Shown piece after piece: positions 7,725 to 12,083 of a DNA stretch of 12,083 nt (position 1 is the first letter of the stretch; each line of letters begins with the position of its first letter). This stretch comes from Gemmatimonadota bacterium. GTDB taxonomy: Bacteria; Gemmatimonadota; Gemmatimonadetes; Gemmatimonadales; GWC2-71-9. The stretch is from NCBI GenBank assembly GCA_039591655.1, contig JBDHDE010000072.1, positions 1-12,083 on the forward strand, given 5' to 3'. A program made the translations under genes and the position numbers. The notes under the pieces are model-generated. The model was not told the DNA's origin. It worked only from the letters and a program-made list of their open reading frames with translations, and searched no databases.

Positions 7725-7793
7725 GCATTGGAGTTATACATTACCTTGACAAACCGTCGATCTCAGCGTACTTTCCTGGACGTCAGTTCGACA
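7708..7793. promoter_or_regulatory. Putative CarH operator: TnnACA repeats at 11-bp spacing
   Basis: Minus strand: TTGACA (7724-7719) and TAGACA (7713-7708). Plus strand: TATACA (7735-7740), TTGACA (7746-7751) and degenerate TCGAtc (7757-7762), then TGGACg (7777-7782) and TCGACA (7788-7793). Members of each set are exactly 11 bp apart. Confidence 0.75.
7746..7774 (+). promoter_or_regulatory. Sigma70-type promoter of the fasciclin-photolyase-SRPBCC operon
   Basis: TTGACA (7746-7751), 17 nt, TACTTT (7769-7774). SD AAAGGAG at 7827-7833. Confidence 0.8.
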
Positions 7794-7841
7794 ATCACTG
7801 GCACCACTAGGCCGGACCCAATTACCAAAGGAGAGCAGCCC

Positions 7842-8351
7842 ATGAAGTACCGCACCTCGATCGTAGCCGCGGCGTTGACGTTGGGCGTCGCGAGCGCGGC
7901 ACAGGCCCAGACGATGAGCTTCGAGCGCGGCTCCGCCCGCGTTTCCTCTGACATCGTGGATGTCGCGGTCAGCGCAGGCAGCTTCAACACGCTGGCGGCC
8001 GCGCTAGAGGCCGCCGGTCTCGTGGACGCGCTCAAAGGCGAGGGGCCTTTCACCGTCTTCGCTCCGACGGACGAGGCCTTCGCGAAGCTCCCGGACGGCA
8101 CCGTCGAGGCCCTGCTGGCCGACAAGGAGAAGCTCACCGAGATCCTGACCTACCACGTCGTGGCAGGCAAGGTGACGGCCGAGCAGGTCGTTGAGCTGGA
8201 CCGCGCGACGACCCTCAACGGTCAGGACGTGCGGATCCGGGTGGAGAGCGGGTCCGTCATGGTGAACGACGCAACGGTCATCAAGGCCGACGTCATGGCG
8301 TCCAACGGTGTGATCCACGTGATCGACACGGTGATCCTGCCGCAGATGTGA
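7842..8351 (+). CDS. Secreted single-domain fasciclin (FAS1) protein
   Basis: ATG 7842 follows AAAGGAG. Signal peptide [25 protein letters not shown]1 H1 motif [22 protein letters not shown], and H2 motif [15 protein letters not shown]. 169 aa. Confidence 0.93.
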   Translation: MKYRTSIVAAALTLGVASAAQAQTMSFERGSARVSSDIVDVAVSAGSFNTLAAALEAAGLVDALKGEGPFTVFAPTDEAFAKLPDGTVEALLADKEKLTEILTYHVVAGKVTAEQVVELDRATTLNGQDVRIRVESGSVMVNDATVIKADVMASNGVIHVIDTVILPQM

Positions 8352-8429
8352 GTTTCCCCGGAGATTGCGTGCGCCCCAAGTACTCGCGAGCTCCGGTGCA
8401 GCAATAGATGGGTAGTGCAAGTAGGTTGG

Positions 8430-8457
8430 GGGGGAGGTCGGCGGCTCGGCCTCCCCC
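8430..8457 (+). terminator. GC-rich stem-loop between fasciclin and photolyase (weak terminator or mRNA stabiliser)
   Basis: GGGGGAGGTCG-gcggct-CGGCCTCCCCC: 11-bp stem with one G-U pair. No U-tract follows. Confidence 0.5.
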
Positions 8458-8503
8458 GTCCCGCAGTCGCCAGTCGGCCGTCGTGCCGAGAGGAAAGGAG
8501 CCC

Positions 8504-9985
8504 ATGTCCCGCGTTCCACCGATCCGCATCCGTGGCGCGAACGACACGCCGGTGCGGCATGACGGGGCATTCGTGCTCTACTGGATGAACGCGAGCCGGC
8601 GGCTGCATTGGAACTTTGCGCTGCAACGGGCCGTGGAGTGGGCGACGGAGCTCGGGCGGCCGCTTCTCGTTCTCGAGGCGCTGAACGCCGACTACCCGTG
8701 GGCCAGCGACCGCATCCACGCCTTTGTCTTGCACGGCATGGCCGACAACCTCCGCCTCGCCGAGGACGCAGGCGTCGCCTACTACCCTTACGTGGAGCCC
8801 GCCGCTCGCGCCGGGCGCGGGCTGCTGGAGGCGCTGGCCTCCCAGGCGTGCGTGGTGGTGACCGACGAGTTTCCCGCGTTCTTCCTCCCGGGACTGGTGT
8901 GGGCCGCCGCCCGGCGGGTCTCGGTGCGGCTCGAGGCCGTGGACTCGAATGGGATCCTCCCCCTGCGGGCCACCGAACGAGCCTACCCGACGGCGTATGC
9001 CTTCCGCGGCTTCCTGCACAAGGAGCTGCCGACGCATCTCGACACATGGCCCGTGCCGGATCCCCTCCAGGGCGAGCGCCTCCCCCCGTTGGGCGAGCTG
9101 CCCTCGGAGGCAACGCGCCGCTGGCCGCCCGCCGTGCCCGGGCTGCTGACTGCGGAGGACGCCCTGGCGGCGCTCCCCATCGATCACGGGGTGGAGCCGG
9201 TGGCGATGCCGGGAGGCGCGCTGGCCGGGGGCGCCCTCCTGGACCGGTTCATGGAGGAGCGGCTCGGGGGCTACGGGGAGCACCGCAACACCCCGGACCG
9301 GGATGGAACGAGTGAGCTCTCGCCCTACCTGCATTTCGGGCACGTCTCCCCGCACGAGATCCTGTCACGCCTCGCGGGACTGGAGGGCTGGACGCCCCTC
9401 GACTTGCAGCCCGAGGCCCGCGGCGGTCGGGCGGGTTGGGGGATGCGCGCCTCGGCCACCGAGTTCGTGGACCAGTTCATTACGTGGCGGGAGCTAGGGC
9501 TCAACATGTGCGCCCATCGGGATAACTACGACCAATTCGCGTCGTTGCCCGATTGGGCGCTCACCACGCTCCGGGAGCATGCCCGCGACCCCCGGGAGTA
9601 CCTGTACTCCCCGGAGGGCTTCGAGCGCGCCGCCACGCACGATCCCCTGTGGAATGCCGCCCAGACCCAGCTAGTGCGGGAGGGGCGGATCCACAACTAC
9701 CTGCGCATGCTCTGGGGCAAGAAAATCCTGGAGTGGTCGGCCTCACCGGAAGAGGCGCTCGCCGTGATGATCGAGCTCAACAACAAGTACGCGTTGGACG
9801 GGCGCGATCCCAACTCGTACTCCGGGATCTTCTGGGTGCTGGGGCGCTACGACCGGCCCTGGGGGCCGGAGCGGCCGGTATTCGGCAAGGTGCGCTACAT
9901 GAGCTCGGTCAACACCGCTCGCAAGCACCGCGTCGCGGAGTACCTGAGCCGCTACGGCGAGCAGGCGGAGCCCGCGGTGATATGA
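8504..9985 (+). CDS. phr: Class II CPD deoxyribodipyrimidine photolyase
   Basis: ATG 8504 follows GAAAGGAG. Motifs VLYWM..RR..WNFAL, SELSPYLHFGHVSP, THDPLWNAAQ, HNYLRMLWGKKILEWS, LNNKYALDGRDPNSY and DRPWGPERPVFGKVRYM are class II signatures. 493 aa. Confidence 0.93.
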   Translation: MSRVPPIRIRGANDTPVRHDGAFVLYWMNASRRLHWNFALQRAVEWATELGRPLLVLEALNADYPWASDRIHAFVLHGMADNLRLAEDAGVAYYPYVEPAARAGRGLLEALASQACVVVTDEFPAFFLPGLVWAAARRVSVRLEAVDSNGILPLRATERAYPTAYAFRGFLHKELPTHLDTWPVPDPLQGERLPPLGELPSEATRRWPPAVPGLLTAEDALAALPIDHGVEPVAMPGGALAGGALLDRFMEERLGGYGEHRNTPDRDGTSELSPYLHFGHVSPHEILSRLAGLEGWTPLDLQPEARGGRAGWGMRASATEFVDQFITWRELGLNMCAHRDNYDQFASLPDWALTTLREHARDPREYLYSPEGFERAATHDPLWNAAQTQLVREGRIHNYLRMLWGKKILEWSASPEEALAVMIELNNKYALDGRDPNSYSGIFWVLGRYDRPWGPERPVFGKVRYMSSVNTARKHRVAEYLSRYGEQAEPAVI

Positions 9986-10467
9986 GCGCCCAACCCTTCG
10001 TGCTGGAGCGCCGCCAGCTGGTTCCCGGCGACCTGGCGACGGTCTTCGCCTTCTTCAAGGATCCGCACAAGCTCGCCGAGATCACCCCGCGGTGGCTCAA
10101 CTTCCGGGTCACGTCGGCCACCGACGCCGAGGTGCGGCGAGGCACCCGCATGCGGTATCGCATCGCGTGGCTCGGATTCCCGATGCGGTGGGAGTCCCTG
10201 GTCGCAGAGTACGAGGAGAACGCGCGGTTCGCCGACGAGATGGTGGCGGGCCCGTACCGGAGCTGGTACCACGTGCACACGTTCCGGGCGGTGGCCCAGG
10301 GAGTGGAGATTGCCGATCGCGTGACCTACCGCTTGCCCTTCGGCCCGCTCGGCCGGATGGCGCACGCGATCCTGGTGCGGCGGCAGCTCCACGGGATCTT
10401 CGACTACCGGACGCGACGGATCGCGAAGATCCTCGGTACGGTCGCCGGCGCAGGCGCGCCCCACTGA
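9982..10467 (+). CDS. SRPBCC (START/Bet v1-like) ligand-binding protein
   Basis: ATGA overlap with the photolyase stop. Sequence VFAFFKDPHKLAEITP.WLNF...PMRWES...RFADEMVAGPYRSWYHVHTF...DRVTYRLPFGPLG...QL.GIFDYR. 161 aa. Confidence 0.88.
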   Translation: MSAQPFVLERRQLVPGDLATVFAFFKDPHKLAEITPRWLNFRVTSATDAEVRRGTRMRYRIAWLGFPMRWESLVAEYEENARFADEMVAGPYRSWYHVHTFRAVAQGVEIADRVTYRLPFGPLGRMAHAILVRRQLHGIFDYRTRRIAKILGTVAGAGAPH

Positions 10468-10500
10468 GCGTCCCGCGGCGGCGGTCGCGCCGGAGACGTG

Positions 10501-10543
10501 GCACCGTCGTTGGACATCTCCCCGCGCCCCCGGCGACGAGTGC
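10501..10543 (+). terminator. Stem-loop after the SRPBCC gene, possible operon terminator
   Basis: GCAC-CGTCGTTGG ... CCGGCGACG-A-GTGC: 13 bp including two G-U pairs, followed only by TT. Confidence 0.4.
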
Positions 10544-10572
10544 TTGGAATCGGTTTCTCCCCAGCATAGCTT
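10544..10572 (+). promoter_or_regulatory. Sigma70-type promoter of thiI (leaderless)
   Basis: TTGGAA (10544-10549), 17 nt, TAGCTT (10567-10572), 6 nt, ATG (10579). No SD. Confidence 0.65.
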
Positions 10573-10578
10573 CGATGT

Positions 10579-12063
10579 ATGACCGGCAGCGGCAGCCAAC
10601 GGTTTCTCTATCTCGTGCGGGTCGGTGGCGAGGTCGCCACCAAAGCGCGGGGAACCCGGCGACGGTTTCAGCAGCGCCTGGTGCGCAACCTGCGCGACGC
10701 CCTGCACGCGGGGGACATCACCTCGCGGGTGGACTCGCGCTGGAGTCGCATCCTCGTCGAGGCGTCGGACCGCGCGGCGCTCCAGCGGCTGGCATCGGTC
10801 TTTGGCGTCGCGAGCGTCTCCGAGGCAGAGGCCCGCTTGCCGGCGGATCTGGATGAGATCGTGCGGGTGGGCGAGGCCTTGTACGCCGACCGTGTGCGGG
10901 ACCGCAAGTTCGCCGTCAGGGCCCGTCGCGTAGGCCAGTATCCCTTCACTGCGCGGGACATCAAGGTGAAGCTGGGGGCGGCGCTCAATCAGTACGCCGC
11001 GGTGGACCTGGATCATCCCGATGTGACGGTCTGGGTCGAGGTGCGCGACGGCGAGGCATTCCTCTATAGCGGGAAGATGCAGGGCGTCGGGGGGTTGCCC
11101 CTCGGGGTGGAGGGGCGCGCGGTTTGCCTCATTTCCGGCGGCTTCGACTCGGCGGTCGCCGCGTGGCTCATGCTCAAGCGGGGCATCGCGCTGGACTACG
11201 TGTTCTGCAACCTGAGCGGCGAGGCGTACGAGCGCGCGGTTGTGTCGGTGGCGAAGGTGTTGGCCGACGAGTGGAGCTTCGGTTACAGCCCGCGCATTCA
11301 TGTGATCGACTTCGAGGGCCCCCTCGAGGAGCTCAAGCGCGCCACGCAGCCCAAGTACTGGCAGGTGGTGCTCAAGCGTTTGATGTACCGAGTGGCCGAA
11401 GCCGTGGCTCAGCAAGTAAACGGCGAGGCCGTCGTGACCGGGGAGTCGGTAGGACAGGTCTCATCCCAGACGCTGGGCAACCTCCGCGCCATCGACGAGG
11501 TCGCGACGCTGCCGGTGTTTCGGCCGCTGCTGGGGTATGACAAGACGGAGATCATCGCCCTGGCCGAGCGCATCGGGACCGCTGTATTGAGCGCGCACAT
11601 CAGGGAGTACTGCGCGATCGTCCCCGACCGGCCCGTGACCCACGCCAAGCCGGGGGCGGCGCGGGACGAGGAGTCGGGGGTGGACCTCGCGGTGCTCGAG
11701 GAGGCGGTTGAGCACCGGAAGGTGCTGGACCTCCGGGGCCTGAGCGATGTGGACCTGGTCCAGCCGTACATCTTCGCCAGTGAGATCGCCGACGGTGTCG
11801 TGGTGCTGGACTGCCGCGAGCCGCACCACTACCGCGCATGGCACTATCCCGGCGCCGAGCGGCGTGACGTAGGCGAGCTCGCCGCCAGCTTCAAGGAGCT
11901 CGACAAGGCCAAGACCTACGTGCTGTACTGCAGCTTCGGCGTGCTGACGGCCTACGTTGCCGAGGCGATGCAGCGCGAGGGCTACGAAGCGTACTCGTTC
12001 AAGGGCGGAATCCGCGGGCTCATGCAGTACGCCCGGGAGCGGGGAGTGGCGGCGGGCGTGTAA
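10579..12063 (+). CDS. thiI: tRNA 4-thiouridine(8) synthase ThiI with C-terminal rhodanese-like domain
   Basis: N-terminal GEVATK, THUMP region (KFAVRARRVG), GVGGLPLG, PP-loop ISGGFDS, TGESVGQVSSQTL.NL, RPLLGYDK.EI, EYC, and a rhodanese domain (VLDCRE...YVLYCSFG). Confidence 0.93.
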   Translation: MTGSGSQRFLYLVRVGGEVATKARGTRRRFQQRLVRNLRDALHAGDITSRVDSRWSRILVEASDRAALQRLASVFGVASVSEAEARLPADLDEIVRVGEALYADRVRDRKFAVRARRVGQYPFTARDIKVKLGAALNQYAAVDLDHPDVTVWVEVRDGEAFLYSGKMQGVGGLPLGVEGRAVCLISGGFDSAVAAWLMLKRGIALDYVFCNLSGEAYERAVVSVAKVLADEWSFGYSPRIHVIDFEGPLEELKRATQPKYWQVVLKRLMYRVAEAVAQQVNGEAVVTGESVGQVSSQTLGNLRAIDEVATLPVFRPLLGYDKTEIIALAERIGTAVLSAHIREYCAIVPDRPVTHAKPGAARDEESGVDLAVLEEAVEHRKVLDLRGLSDVDLVQPYIFASEIADGVVVLDCREPHHYRAWHYPGAERRDVGELAASFKELDKAKTYVLYCSFGVLTAYVAEAMQREGYEAYSFKGGIRGLMQYARERGVAAGV

Positions 12064-12083
12064 TTGCCGGCACTGACCGCTCG

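Noticed and set aside
7728..7841. ORF-track N-terminal extension of fasciclin
   Set aside because: It overlaps the promoter and operator. The SD and signal peptide point to ATG 7842.
8408..8503. ORF-track N-terminal extension of the photolyase
   Set aside because: It is low-complexity and crosses a hairpin. A strong SD precedes ATG 8504.
9553..9981. First 143 codons of the 304-aa ORF
   Set aside because: They overlap the photolyase out of frame. The SRPBCC domain starts at the ATGA overlap at 9982.
10511..10516. TGGACA as a CarH site upstream of thiI
   Set aside because: It is a single hexamer with no partner at plus or minus 11 bp, and it does not overlap the promoter.
9952..11415. 487-aa minus-strand ORF, and likewise 8004-9113 and 8222-9355
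   Set aside because: These are antisense shadows of thiI, SRPBCC, phr and fasciclin with no domain motifs.
1..12083. Cobalamin riboswitch, CRISPR array, tRNA, IS element or defence system
   Set aside because: I saw no B12-box-like motif, repeat-spacer array, cloverleaf, transposase or terminal repeats. All intergenic gaps are under 175 bp. An Infernal/Rfam scan would be the decisive check.

Overview
High-GC bacterial window with 11 tightly packed protein-coding genes and no rRNA, tRNA, CRISPR or mobile element. Left, on the minus strand: a putative otsA (GT20 trehalose-6-phosphate synthase), an MFS transporter and a signal-peptide-bearing creatininase-family gene that runs off the window edge and is absent from the ORF track. 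Middle: a 12-Cys YkgJ/DUF3109-like protein, a bacterial DUF71/Dph6-like PP-loop ATPase and an MsbA/Sav1866-type ABC exporter. The most notable element is a putative coenzyme-B12 photoreceptor module. A CarH/LitR-type MerR repressor with all B12 motifs intact is transcribed divergently from a secreted fasciclin, a class II CPD photolyase and an SRPBCC protein, followed by a rhodanese-bearing thiI. The 152-bp divergent spacer has two back-to-back TTGACA-N17-TAnnnT promoters overlaid by TnnACA repeats at 11-bp spacing, the known CarH operator geometry. No crt genes are in the window. Other observations include apparently leaderless genes, a likely CTG start codon and CarH interface substitutions. 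All family calls come from motif recognition by eye; no searches were run.
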